Below, in pieces: positions 54,209 to 63,174 of a stretch of 64,000 bases of DNA. Source of the DNA: a virus. Lineage: Duplodnaviria > Caudoviricetes. Below the pieces are notes generated by a model. The model made no database searches and was not told the DNA's origin. It saw only the letters and a list, made by a program, of their open reading frames with translations. The translations under genes and the position numbers were made by a program. The first letter of the stretch is position 1, and the number at the start of each line of letters is the position of its first letter. The stretch is from IMG/VR virus record IMGVR_UViG_3300020577_007794; one strand, given 5' to 3'.

Positions 54209-55968
54209 TATTGTTCTCTTAATTGTACCTGAACTGTGTATTCTTCTACACCTGTACCTATATTCTCAAAAAATGCAGCTATTTTATCTCCAGAGGTAAT
54301 GGTACTAACCGCAAAGTGGGGTGTAATTCCCGATGTTTCTCTTGTAGTATTTCCAATCCACATTTCATTAGTCAAGAGTTTCGTGCCTGAGAAAGCACCA
54401 TTACCACTAGATTTCATTATATTAATTCTTGCACTTGAAGAACCAGGAGTTTCCACTCTTGCGTCTACTCTTAGAACATTATAGACCACAGCATTTCCTG
54501 TTACAGGGTGGAAGGGAGCCATCCACTTTACTGAGTCAATACCTGATCCAGCTGGTGTATAGCCAGCTACCAATAGTACATTAGGAGTTAACTTTATCTG
54601 GCCGCTTAACGCTGCAGTTACAAAGCTGGTTGTAGCAAGCTGTTGGGTTGCAGCTCCGGTAGGTGCTGAAGGACCAGTTACTGGAACTGTAAAAGCAGCT
54701 TCTGAAGGGGTTAAAGAAAATTTAGTGCTTCCACCTGGACGCATATACATTGAATCTGCATCTATGAATAGCGGAGCGTAGGAAAAACTATTTCTATTAT
54801 ACGCTTGGAAAAATACGCTGCTGGATGAAACAAAGATTTCAAATGATGGAGCTACACCATCAATCCCACCAACTGCAAAGGGAACCAGATTATCATCGTT
54901 CTGGACCCCAAAATAACCGGTTGTTTTACCGTAAGTAATGACTGTATTTTGCGCGTCAAGGTCCCCTACTTGAAGAGATGCTTTTACATACCCAGAAGCT
55001 GAAGTATTAACAGTTGTGCTAGGTTCTTCAAAAGATCCAGTAAATAACCTATACCAACCATCAGTAGCATCTCTAAATAATCCAGTAAATCTAGGAAAAC
55101 CTATAAAGTTATACTCTGAATAGAAACCTAGGTCGGTAATATCATAGGGGTTCCCAGATCCAAATTTAACAAGAGTATCAGTCAAGCTAACTGAGTTGGA
55201 TTGGATTGAAGTAAGATCACCATTAACAACCAGGTTGCCGCCTATGCTAACATCGCTACTTACATGCAATCCTGTTGCAAAGTTCCAGGACAATGCTGAA
55301 GTACCTGTTACAGTATGCGTACCAGTAAAGAATGGAATTTGGTAAGTTGAACCAGCCCCCATTAACCCTCCTGCACCGGAAACAGAGACTGCCAAAGAGG
55401 AGGCTGCAGTCAATCTGCCTTGAGCATCAACAGTGAAGGAGGGTATTAGTGTAGAAGTGCCGTAACTACCTGCGGCAACAGATGTATCGGCTAGAGAGAA
55501 AGTTGGATTTCCACCACCAGTTGTGTTAGTTATGTTTAAACCAGTTCCAGCAACTAGGGTTCTTTTAGTAAAAGTTGAAGCACCTGTTTGTACTAAGTAA
55601 CCAGGTGTAGAATCTAGACTGCTAAGAGCATTAAGATTGGCAGACAAGCTAAAAGCAAAATGACCTGGTGATGAATTAAGAACAACACCACCACTTGCAG
55701 CTAGAGTTCTATAAGATAGGTTCCCACCATAAGAAGAAAGAAGTGAGTCGGAGCTTCCAATAGGAAACCTTGCCCACTCACTTCCAGAAAAATAAACCAA
55801 GTCTCCAGTTGATTGAGAAGAATCGTATAACCTATTTAAGGTTATAAGTCCAGATACAGAAATAGAATTAGAAGAAAAAGACTGTCTTTGGAGTTCTTCT
55901 AAAACTCTTGGAATCTGCTCATCGTATAAGATTTTCTCAAATCCATCAGGAAACTTTTCTAAAGCCAT
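54208..55968 (-). CDS. tail-fibre-like structural protein
   Basis: TSVAAGSYG...FTVDAQGRLTAAS, GLFRDATDG, APTGAATQQLATTSFV fibre motifs. Confidence 0.7.
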   Translation of the reverse strand: MALEKFPDGFEKILYDEQIPRVLEELQRQSFSSNSISVSGLITLNRLYDSSQSTGDLVYFSGSEWARFPIGSSDSLLSSYGGNLSYRTLAASGGVVLNSSPGHFAFSLSANLNALSSLDSTPGYLVQTGASTFTKRTLVAGTGLNITNTTGGGNPTFSLADTSVAAGSYGTSTLIPSFTVDAQGRLTAASSLAVSVSGAGGLMGAGSTYQIPFFTGTHTVTGTSALSWNFATGLHVSSDVSIGGNLVVNGDLTSIQSNSVSLTDTLVKFGSGNPYDITDLGFYSEYNFIGFPRFTGLFRDATDGWYRLFTGSFEEPSTTVNTSASGYVKASLQVGDLDAQNTVITYGKTTGYFGVQNDDNLVPFAVGGIDGVAPSFEIFVSSSSVFFQAYNRNSFSYAPLFIDADSMYMRPGGSTKFSLTPSEAAFTVPVTGPSAPTGAATQQLATTSFVTAALSGQIKLTPNVLLVAGYTPAGSGIDSVKWMAPFHPVTGNAVVYNVLRVDARVETPGSSSARINIMKSSGNGAFSGTKLLTNEMWIGNTTRETSGITPHFAVSTITSGDKIAAFFENIGTGVEEYTVQVQLREQ

Positions 55969-55979
55969 TATTAAATTCT

Positions 55980-56492
55980 CTAGGGGTTATCCAAATAGAG
56001 CTTAGCCTTAGTACCATTAAGTTCTTCCTCAAGAAGATTAATTTTTCGCACTAATTCAGAATTTTCCCTAACTCTATCTGCCAGAAAAGAATTGTATTTA
56101 ATAAGAAGATCATTTTCTTGCTCCCAAATAACTAAAAGATTTACAAAATCATGAAATTCCTTCCCCTTTTTAGGGGAAGATAGAGTAAATTCGACTATTA
56201 TTTCATCAGAATCCATCTCTATAGAATAAGCATAACCATCATTTATGTACTCATGACAAGATTCAATAAAAGAATAAAACCAATGCTTTCCATCTGTTGC
56301 AGAAAGGGTGCAACGTTTTGTATCTATTGTCCTATTATTCATTGGTCTTGATACTATTGATATCTTTTCAGTATCAAGATCAGTTTGATTACCATAGCTT
56401 GGGGAATATAAATACCTATACTTCTTGTCCCCAAAAAATTCTCTAACAACAGAAGCAAAGGGTCCTGATTTTTCTTTGTGTAGTATATTCAT
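55980..56492 (-). CDS. hypothetical protein
   Basis: AT-rich ORF. Confidence 0.5.
   Translation of the reverse strand: MNILHKEKSGPFASVVREFFGDKKYRYLYSPSYGNQTDLDTEKISIVSRPMNNRTIDTKRCTLSATDGKHWFYSFIESCHEYINDGYAYSIEMDSDEIIVEFTLSSPKKGKEFHDFVNLLVIWEQENDLLIKYNSFLADRVRENSELVRKINLLEEELNGTKAKLYLDNP
55992..56000 (-). promoter_or_regulatory. CTCTATTTG motif (minus strand), putative late promoter
   Basis: CAAATAGAG on the plus strand, 23 nt upstream of the fibre gene start at 55968. Confidence 0.65.
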
Positions 56493-56788
56493 AAGAAAGA
56501 TGCTTTCATTCGTATGTAATCTCGCCCAACATTAGTGTGACTAGTTTCAATAAAGTAGATAATTTGTCCCCTTAAATCGAAAAAATTGTTATAAAATTTG
56601 GGCATATTGGGTTTAAATACACTGATTTCTTTATAGTTAGCTCCTCTATAGACAGTGCATAGAAAACCATTTTCGTTTATAGAAAATTTTCTAGTACAAT
56701 TTATTACGCTGTACCTTCCCTTGCTATCTTTTGTATAAAGCTGTAATTTGTTTTGAACTAAAAAGTCCTCGAATTTTTGAACCTCCAT
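56489..56788 (-). CDS. hypothetical protein
   Basis: Overlap-coupled ORF. Confidence 0.5.
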   Translation of the reverse strand: MEVQKFEDFLVQNKLQLYTKDSKGRYSVINCTRKFSINENGFLCTVYRGANYKEISVFKPNMPKFYNNFFDLRGQIIYFIETSHTNVGRDYIRMKASFL

Positions 56789-57225
56789 TAAAATTCATCC
56801 ATAGGGATAGAAATTTGTACGCCATTTTCCCATTTTTCAATTTCTAGAAAATCTCCAGCTTCCCAAACAAGTCTTGCACTTAGTTTCCCGGTGGATTGAG
56901 CAAGTAATGGTGTTACAAAGTTTCTATGCCAAGTACCAGAACCTTCACCATAATTCTCGATATGCTCAATTTTTAACATATCTTTTTCACAAATTACAGC
57001 CTTTAATTCAAATCCTTCAGAACCACCCTGTACAGTTAGACCCCCATCTGTCCACACCATATTGTCAAGACGTAATTTCCAGCCATCCTCTAGTCTGTTA
57101 TTAACTTCGTTGAAATGTGAAATAGATACTTGAAGATTCTCAATTAATAAAGTCTTCCAATTAGTTATGTTATAACTCATACTTAAAATTTTCTCTAGAT
57201 TCCTAAGAGGAATTTTTTGTTTCAC
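56788..57225 (-). CDS. hypothetical protein
   Basis: Overlap-coupled ORF. Confidence 0.5.
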   Translation of the reverse strand: MKQKIPLRNLEKILSMSYNITNWKTLLIENLQVSISHFNEVNNRLEDGWKLRLDNMVWTDGGLTVQGGSEGFELKAVICEKDMLKIEHIENYGEGSGTWHRNFVTPLLAQSTGKLSARLVWEAGDFLEIEKWENGVQISIPMDEF

Positions 57226-57559
57226 TAGATGTAAATTTCATTGGTAAAATTGAGATATCAATATAGGGGGCTAATCCCCCGTATTCATTAGAGATATCAT
57301 AGATTGACCATGCCATTCGTCCATGTGGTTTTATAGACGGTGATCCCACTAGTTTACCCCCAACATAGGCACAAATAGCATTTAGTAGGTCTTCTGGTGG
57401 TTTGGCTTGTTCAATCCAAGGAATAGCAACAAGATCAAGATCTGTAGAGAGTGATCCATGAAAACAGATAGCATAGCCAAAAAGCTTGCCTAAATGCTGC
57501 AATTCTGGTATTAAAGCAGCGTAAAGTAAAGCTCTTTTAGGTTCTTTTATTCTTTCCAT
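57203..57559 (-). CDS. small protein with a nucleotidyltransferase-like motif
   Basis: FHGSLSTDLDLVA...YIDIS resembles the GS..DxD..D Pol-beta fold motif. Confidence 0.5.
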   Translation of the reverse strand: MERIKEPKRALLYAALIPELQHLGKLFGYAICFHGSLSTDLDLVAIPWIEQAKPPEDLLNAICAYVGGKLVGSPSIKPHGRMAWSIYDISNEYGGLAPYIDISILPMKFTSSETKNSS

Positions 57560-57564
57560 TGTAG

Positions 57565-58197
57565 TTATTCATCGTGGTCAAAAAATAAATTTGCAAAGTA
57601 ACATATCTCTTCTGGGCAGAAGTTCCCTTCTATTTTCTTATAACCGAAGTCTTTAGTCACTTCCATAAAGTAGAGACACTTATCTGCTTCAAGAACAACG
57701 GAACATCTTTTCTTTCTCCCCCAATGCCGTAGTATAATTCTTACACTTTCTTCATCGTGAAATTCTATAGATACACTTACATCACTCTTAAGGGCAAAAG
57801 TTTTTATAAATACGTAACCGTATTTCCGAGTTTGTGCAATAAGTTCAGGCGGGATTATGCATTCAAACTCTGTTTTCATAGTCAGAATTTCATCCGCTAA
57901 CTCAACTTCAAAATTCTTTGTCTCGATATCAATGTTTTCCTGAGTCTTCTTTACTAACTCTTTCTCAGTAAATCCTTCCAAAACAGAATTAGCTGTACGA
58001 AGAGCTGCATCAAAAGATTTCATATAGGGAATCTGTATGCTAAAAGACGTATCTGGATCGTATGCACTGAGAGTATGGCAGTCATATATGGACATGCCCC
58101 AAGTGCTTCGTTTGATAGTAAAACATTTATCAGCCTCTTTATAAATCCAACCAGACTTCTCCATGAAAGCTTTTGTCTCTTCATCGTAAAAATTCAT
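57565..58197 (-). CDS. hypothetical protein (paralogue of 58749..59189)
   Basis: Shared C-terminal domain. Confidence 0.55.
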   Translation of the reverse strand: MNFYDEETKAFMEKSGWIYKEADKCFTIKRSTWGMSIYDCHTLSAYDPDTSFSIQIPYMKSFDAALRTANSVLEGFTEKELVKKTQENIDIETKNFEVELADEILTMKTEFECIIPPELIAQTRKYGYVFIKTFALKSDVSVSIEFHDEESVRIILRHWGRKKRCSVVLEADKCLYFMEVTKDFGYKKIEGNFCPEEICYFANLFFDHDE

Positions 58198-58207
58198 AAT
58201 TCACTTT

Positions 58208-58756
58208 TCAATTCGTTCTTAGCTCTCGTGAAATTGCAGAATCTCTATAACTATCATCATCAGTGTTGTAATACTTACTCATTTCCACCAGCTTTTTTTC
58301 TACAGCTGCCAAAGCTTTTACAAATTTCTTCTTAGTTGCAGCTAAAACATCTGATTCTGTTTTTGATTCAAATTTCTGCACTAGCTCTAGAACAGAAATA
58401 ATATTTTCTAGGTTTATGTCAAATTTTAAGATCCAACAATACCTTTTACCATTTTGCATGTATAAAGTACCAGCTAATGTAGGTATTGATGAGGATGGTT
58501 GTTCTGATCCGCAAAATTCATAGCAGACATTATCAAAAGGATTCTGTGTCAGTTCCCAATCAATAGAAGAGTCATCTTCTGTAAAGTCAACAATAGATTT
58601 GTAACGAACTTCCTGTGTACCACCATAATAGTCCCAGAAATCTGAAATTCGTGTTCCAGCTGACCAGGATTCTTCGTGGGGTTCAAGGTGTGTAACTAAA
58701 ACACCTTTAGAAATTATGTAAAACCACAAAGTTTGTTTAATTGTATTTTTATTCAT
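58208..58756 (-). CDS. hypothetical protein
   Basis: 182-aa ORF. Confidence 0.5.
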   Translation of the reverse strand: MNKNTIKQTLWFYIISKGVLVTHLEPHEESWSAGTRISDFWDYYGGTQEVRYKSIVDFTEDDSSIDWELTQNPFDNVCYEFCGSEQPSSSIPTLAGTLYMQNGKRYCWILKFDINLENIISVLELVQKFESKTESDVLAATKKKFVKALAAVEKKLVEMSKYYNTDDDSYRDSAISRELRTN

Positions 58757-59189
58757 TATGATTGAAATATAGCTTTACAAAGTAACAAATCTCTGCCGGA
58801 GAAAACTTCCCATCTATTCTTTTAGATCCAAAACCTTTCGTTACTTCGTGATAGTAGACACAGCCATAATCATTAACAACTACAGAGCATCTTTTGATTA
58901 ATTCTCTGTTCTGTAAAACGATTCTGCAGACCCCTGGTTCTTCAAAACCAGACACAACTGCAGTTGCTTCATTATCTCCAAATTCTTTAATAAGTGCGTA
59001 GCCGTAACGCTTAATTTGGTTGACTAATTCTTCAGAAGGAGTTTCTTCAGTGACTTTTTGAGAATCTTCGTAGTCCTCGTATTCTTCTAAAAGCATACCA
59101 AGACGATTATCAAATTTCTCTATTCTAAGTTTTAATATTTCTTCTGTCACACTATGATTCTCTTTTTTGAGTGCTAGCAGCAACATCAC
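58749..59189 (-). CDS. hypothetical protein (paralogue of 57565..58197)
   Basis: KRCSVV...EVTK.FG.K.I.G.F.P.EICYF shared. Confidence 0.55.
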   Translation of the reverse strand: MMLLLALKKENHSVTEEILKLRIEKFDNRLGMLLEEYEDYEDSQKVTEETPSEELVNQIKRYGYALIKEFGDNEATAVVSGFEEPGVCRIVLQNRELIKRCSVVVNDYGCVYYHEVTKGFGSKRIDGKFSPAEICYFVKLYFNHNE

Positions 59190-59352
59190 GAAACCAGTTT
59201 AACACCGTACGTTCTTGTTCTTTAGCAAACCTCTCGTCTTCCTGTTTTCTCTCTTCAACCTGCCTGAGAATCCTTTCAAGCATCACTTTCCGCCGATATT
59301 CTTCAGTTCTGGCTTCTCGTAGCATCCTATTGAAAAATGCGCTTGCACTCAC
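59152..59352 (-). CDS. small charged hypothetical protein
   Basis: GTG start overlapping the upstream TAG. Confidence 0.4.
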   Translation of the reverse strand: MSASAFFNRMLREARTEEYRRKVMLERILRQVEERKQEDERFAKEQERTVLNWFRDVAASTQKRES

Positions 59353-59501
59353 TACTCATCACCTTCTTTCTTAGGAGGTTTTGTGGGCTCCTCAAGCCTT
59401 CTAACAGCCTTGTAAAAAGCCTCCCTTTTTGACTCTGACCAATGGCTTACTCTTTTGTCTGACGCTCGTATATACGCTTCTCTTTTTTCTTTTTCAGTCA
59501 T
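59352..59501 (-). CDS. small hypothetical protein (49 aa, absent from ORF track)
   Basis: MTEKEKREAYIRAS...KKEGDE; overlap-coupled at both ends. Confidence 0.45.
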   Translation of the reverse strand: MTEKEKREAYIRASDKRVSHWSESKREAFYKAVRRLEEPTKPPKKEGDE

Positions 59502-59661
59502 CACTCTTTTACTCCGCCCAAAATATCTCCAGCAACTTTAAGAGAAATGTCAAAAGATTTCAAGGGAATAAAACATATTCCTGCTCCTGGGTCAGTAAGG
59601 TAGATAGGCTAGCCATCTCTTTCTTTATATTTTCTATGTTCTTAATAATCTGATCTTTCAT
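59501..59661 (-). pseudogene. small gene apparently broken by a 1-nt frameshift
   Basis: MKDQIIKNIEN...EYVLFP* continues in the -1 frame as LKSFDISLKVAGDILGGVKE*, whose TGA overlaps the next ATG. Confidence 0.3.
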
Positions 59662-59688
59662 GATATAAATCTGTTGTTTTACAAGTAA

Positions 59689-59859
59689 TTATCCTAACCC
59701 CAATGCTAAACAAATAAAAATGTACACAAAAGCAAAGAGTACAATGTTAATACCAAAATATTCAAGATCCCCTCTTTTCTTAAAGATACCTACAAAAGCA
59801 ACTATAGTTCCTACAATAGCGTGGGATACTAAAAGAGAACATAAATAAGACAGTAACAT
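59689..59859 (-). CDS. small two-TM membrane protein (56 aa, absent from ORF track)
   Basis: MLLSYLCSLLVSHAIVGTIVAFVGIF-KKRGD-LEYFGINIVLFAFVYIFICLALGLG. Confidence 0.5.
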   Translation of the reverse strand: MLLSYLCSLLVSHAIVGTIVAFVGIFKKRGDLEYFGINIVLFAFVYIFICLALGLG

Positions 59860-60221
59860 CATTTTTGTTTTAAAAACCTTAGCTCAGGGAAAGTAATAGT
59901 AGGTCGAAGGGTTTCGAGAACATTTCCACGAAAATACATTATTCCATCAGGATAGTCATTTGACCCGTACTCTTTTATGCAAATAAGATATTTTGGGAAT
60001 TTTGTAGCTAATGAAATAAATATCTCTAAGGGATCAAGTGTATCATAGTAATGAAAAGAGGAGGAGTCTACATCCACATTAGATTCAACTATATAATACT
60101 CTTCAAAGACCTCTTTAATAGCTTCTGCTAATTTCTCTGGATTATCATCAGCTTTACTTTCTCCAATAAATTCCCAATCACCACTATAATAACACTCCTC
60201 ACTTGCCATAGATTTGGCCAT
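59859..60221 (-). CDS. hypothetical acidic protein
   Basis: 120-aa ORF. Confidence 0.5.
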   Translation of the reverse strand: MAKSMASEECYYSGDWEFIGESKADDNPEKLAEAIKEVFEEYYIVESNVDVDSSSFHYYDTLDPLEIFISLATKFPKYLICIKEYGSNDYPDGIMYFRGNVLETLRPTITFPELRFLKQK

Positions 60222-61194
60222 CCTTAGCAGTTATTTTGTCTAAGAAAAGATCAAGACTTTCTTGCGGAGTACCTATTTCAAGTGCTACTTCTTCTAACAA
60301 TTCTTTAGGATCCACTGCTTTAGCATTTTTAGCTGCTTCTATAGCTGAGTTATAATCATTTTCAATAACTTCTGTAGAATCCTTTTCAAAGTAGAATAGT
60401 TCTTCTTTAGTTGGCCCAGGAATTAGAACTCTTAGTATTTCTCTTGAGGGATAGAGTAAAAAGAGAGATGGAGTATTGTTTGCTTCGCCTATATGTTTTC
60501 TAACTACAGCACCAGGATTTCCACATACAGTATGTTTGTTTGAATGCAAAGCTGGGCCGTAACCATTGTGTATATCTCCAGAGAAGAAATAATCAATTCT
60601 CTTATGTATAGGCTCAGTCTTCCAATAATAAGTATGCTCAGATTCTCTATCTGCCAAGTTATGGTGACATGAAACTACAACAATATGATTATTATTGATC
60701 AAAGACATGTTCTCTTCTATGAATTCTGAAAGTTGGTAGAAATACCCCCAATCACAACATATAAGACAAAAATTATCAATAAACTCTATAAGAAAACCTT
60801 TCCTACTTGACTTACGAGTCATGCTTGTAGAAATATTAGCTTGAGAATACGCTATACCTGCTGCAGTATATGGAAGAAAGTTTATCTCGTCTGCTGGAAC
60901 ATCGTGGTTCCCTATAGCAGCAAAAGTCGGAATAGGTGCAAAATCTTCTAACATTTTAGTAAGAAGATAGATATCCATTACACGCCAATCAAATATATCT
61001 GTAAGATCTCCTCCAAATAAAACGGAACAGGCGTTGTATTGTTTTGCTGTCTCAATTACAAACTTCAAAGATTTTGACATGTCTTCCCAGAGACCTATCT
61101 TTCTATTAGAGTATTTCTTTTTATCTATGTGGAGATCTGTAAAGAATAGGACTGGGTTTCCTAGTTGTTTAGACTTTTTTGAAGTTCTTGGCAT
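60199..61194 (-). CDS. SbcD/Mre11-like metallophosphoesterase nuclease
   Basis: TDLH, GGD, GNHD, HH, GDIH, NPGAVVR. Confidence 0.9.
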   Translation of the reverse strand: MPRTSKKSKQLGNPVLFFTDLHIDKKKYSNRKIGLWEDMSKSLKFVIETAKQYNACSVLFGGDLTDIFDWRVMDIYLLTKMLEDFAPIPTFAAIGNHDVPADEINFLPYTAAGIAYSQANISTSMTRKSSRKGFLIEFIDNFCLICCDWGYFYQLSEFIEENMSLINNNHIVVVSCHHNLADRESEHTYYWKTEPIHKRIDYFFSGDIHNGYGPALHSNKHTVCGNPGAVVRKHIGEANNTPSLFLLYPSREILRVLIPGPTKEELFYFEKDSTEVIENDYNSAIEAAKNAKAVDPKELLEEVALEIGTPQESLDLFLDKITAKDGQIYGK

Positions 61195-61601
61195 ACTTTC
61201 TTTATTCTATCAAGATCTTTAATAATGGCGGAAAAGGTTTCGTTAGAATCAACTTTTTTAACTGGAGCAGGAGTTGGTTTTGGCTCTGCCGCTTTTCTAG
61301 TTCTCTTAGGTTTCTCTGAAGCAGTTTTAAGAGCCTCTTTATTTAGTTTAGGAAACTTAGTTTCCAAGAATTCATCTAACTTTTTTTTATAGTTATTAGT
61401 TAGCTCAGAAAGAGGGTTTAATACAGCCGAACTTTCAAAAAACACAACCTGACCATCTTTAGAATACATAAAAGCTTCAGTATAGCCATATCCTTCTTCA
61501 TCGTATAGTCGAGAAACTTTGATTGTGTAGTCCTTATGAGATACTACTTTGTTTTGAGGTTTTGGTGCGCTGCTCATTGATTGCTGCCGCAAGTTGGACA
61601 T
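61161..61601 (-). CDS. hypothetical protein
   Basis: ORF between the SbcC N-half and SbcD. Confidence 0.5.
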   Translation of the reverse strand: MSNLRQQSMSSAPKPQNKVVSHKDYTIKVSRLYDEEGYGYTEAFMYSKDGQVVFFESSAVLNPLSELTNNYKKKLDEFLETKFPKLNKEALKTASEKPKRTRKAAEPKPTPAPVKKVDSNETFSAIIKDLDRIKKVCQELQKSLNN

Positions 61602-62548
61602 ATACCAAGTTGCTTTAAGATTTTTTGTTTTTGTTCGTTCAATAGTAGTAATTCTTCACTTGTTAATTCTATCTGTTGTGTTAAAGTATGTAACTTTTCG
61701 GTGTTAGACACATACTTATTAAGCAATTGTAACACAGAGTGGCCCTTTTCAAGACACTTCTTTAAAACTGAGATCCTTCCATTAATAGCTTCTAAATTGC
61801 CTGGTATCTTTTCAATAAGACCTATTTTCTTAGAAACAATAGATAGTCTATTTAACTTTACAAGTTTGTTTTCAAGAGCTTTTATTTCGTCTTCTTTATC
61901 AGATGTTACTTTAAGAAGATTTTCTATTTCTGAAAGAAGAGTTTGTTTTGAATCAAGAACCTCTTTTGAGTTTAGACTAAGCTTTTCTAGTTTGGTTATT
62001 TCAGAGTTAACCTTAGTTAATTCAGAAGTAAAAGACGAAACAGCCTCTTCAATCTCCTGGCACCCCATTATTAAAGAGAATTTCTTTAGAATAGTATCAC
62101 CCCTTTCATCAAGAAGTGGTGGTGTTCTTCTAGTAGTGATAAAGTTAAAATCAATACCAGAAACATCTTTTTCTTCTAACTTTACCTTAGTAAAATTAGT
62201 TATACTCTTTACTAAAGCTGCCGTATCATTAGTTCCTTTTAACTTCTCTGTTTTATTCTTAGGATCAGTTACATAAGTAAAATGAACTTTTCCTTCCCAG
62301 GCTCTTCTTATTTTATAGCCATTTGAAAGATGGACTTCTACGTAGCCATCTTTTTCACCATATCTTAGATGTGTTATAGGAAAACTTTCATGAAACAGAA
62401 TCATTCTAAGTGCCCTAAAGATGTGAGTTTTTCCACAATCATTAGGATTAGAAAGATCCCCTGGCTCAATTACAAATATTGAATCAAGTTCTATTTCACT
62501 ATGTTCATAGCTCCTATAGTTATCTAAAATAAGTTTTTGTACTATCAT
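61574..62548 (-). CDS. SbcC/Rad50-like ATPase, N-terminal half ending in a Zn hook
   Basis: LDNYRSY, Walker A NDCGKTHIFRAL, coiled coil, terminal CPTCG; no Walker B. Confidence 0.8.
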   Translation of the reverse strand: MIVQKLILDNYRSYEHSEIELDSIFVIEPGDLSNPNDCGKTHIFRALRMILFHESFPITHLRYGEKDGYVEVHLSNGYKIRRAWEGKVHFTYVTDPKNKTEKLKGTNDTAALVKSITNFTKVKLEEKDVSGIDFNFITTRRTPPLLDERGDTILKKFSLIMGCQEIEEAVSSFTSELTKVNSEITKLEKLSLNSKEVLDSKQTLLSEIENLLKVTSDKEDEIKALENKLVKLNRLSIVSKKIGLIEKIPGNLEAINGRISVLKKCLEKGHSVLQLLNKYVSNTEKLHTLTQQIELTSEELLLLNEQKQKILKQLGICPTCGSNQ

Positions 62549-63174
62549 ACGCCAAGCAATACCGGACAGGTCATAGGATTAATGTCTTTGCCATAATAAA
62601 GACAGGAAACAACTTCCTTGTATGAATCAGTGATAAGAACTTTAGCTTCTTGATTAGACATCTTTCCAATTGAAGTGTATACCGTCTCTGGGTACTTCTT
62701 TAAAAAGTCAAGATCTGTAGAGAAGACTGCTTGTTCTATTTTAAGCATGAGCTTATCAACATTTAAAAGATCATCATATGAAATATTTTCTTTGTAGCAG
62801 TCTATTCTCAAAGCTTTAATAATGGTTTCAAAAATTTCATTCTCTTTCTCCCTAAAAGATATATAAGAAAGAGTTTTTTCATCTTTAATATAGAGGTTAT
62901 TCTTAATAGGGGTTGGAATATCCATTACATAGGCTTCTTGAAAATCATGAATTAGTGCCCAAAGAATTTGTTCGTTAGACACATATCTATCAAGAGCCTG
63001 AAGTCTGGCGCAAAGTACAGAATGCTGGGCTACAGTATAGTCAGGCTCCATTTGCCCCATAAATCTTTGCTGTTTAGAGAGGCCGTGAAAAATATCCCCA
63101 AGGAGAATATCATTTTCTGTAAGATTAAGAACATCAATGACGTTCCCGGAATACATTAACATTTCAGCTTTCAT
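62545..63174 (-). CDS. HD-domain phosphohydrolase (YfbR-like deoxynucleotidase)
   Basis: RFMG...YTVAQHS...ALIHDFQEAY.MDIPTPIK. Confidence 0.85.
   Translation of the reverse strand: MKAEMLMYSGNVIDVLNLTENDILLGDIFHGLSKQQRFMGQMEPDYTVAQHSVLCARLQALDRYVSNEQILWALIHDFQEAYVMDIPTPIKNNLYIKDEKTLSYISFREKENEIFETIIKALRIDCYKENISYDDLLNVDKLMLKIEQAVFSTDLDFLKKYPETVYTSIGKMSNQEAKVLITDSYKEVVSCLYYGKDINPMTCPVLLGV

Noticed and set aside
1130-62276. Many antisense or nested ORFs in the track (for example 5113..6045, 6366..6773, 7846..9453, 40679..41122, 61581..62276)
   Set aside because: They are shadows of well-supported genes on the opposite strand and show no motifs
43175-63174. PolA + HD hydrolase + MazG as a 2-aminoadenine (Z-genome) system
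   Set aside because: No PurZ in the window, the genes are not clustered, and all three are common in ordinary phages; the rest of the genome would need checking
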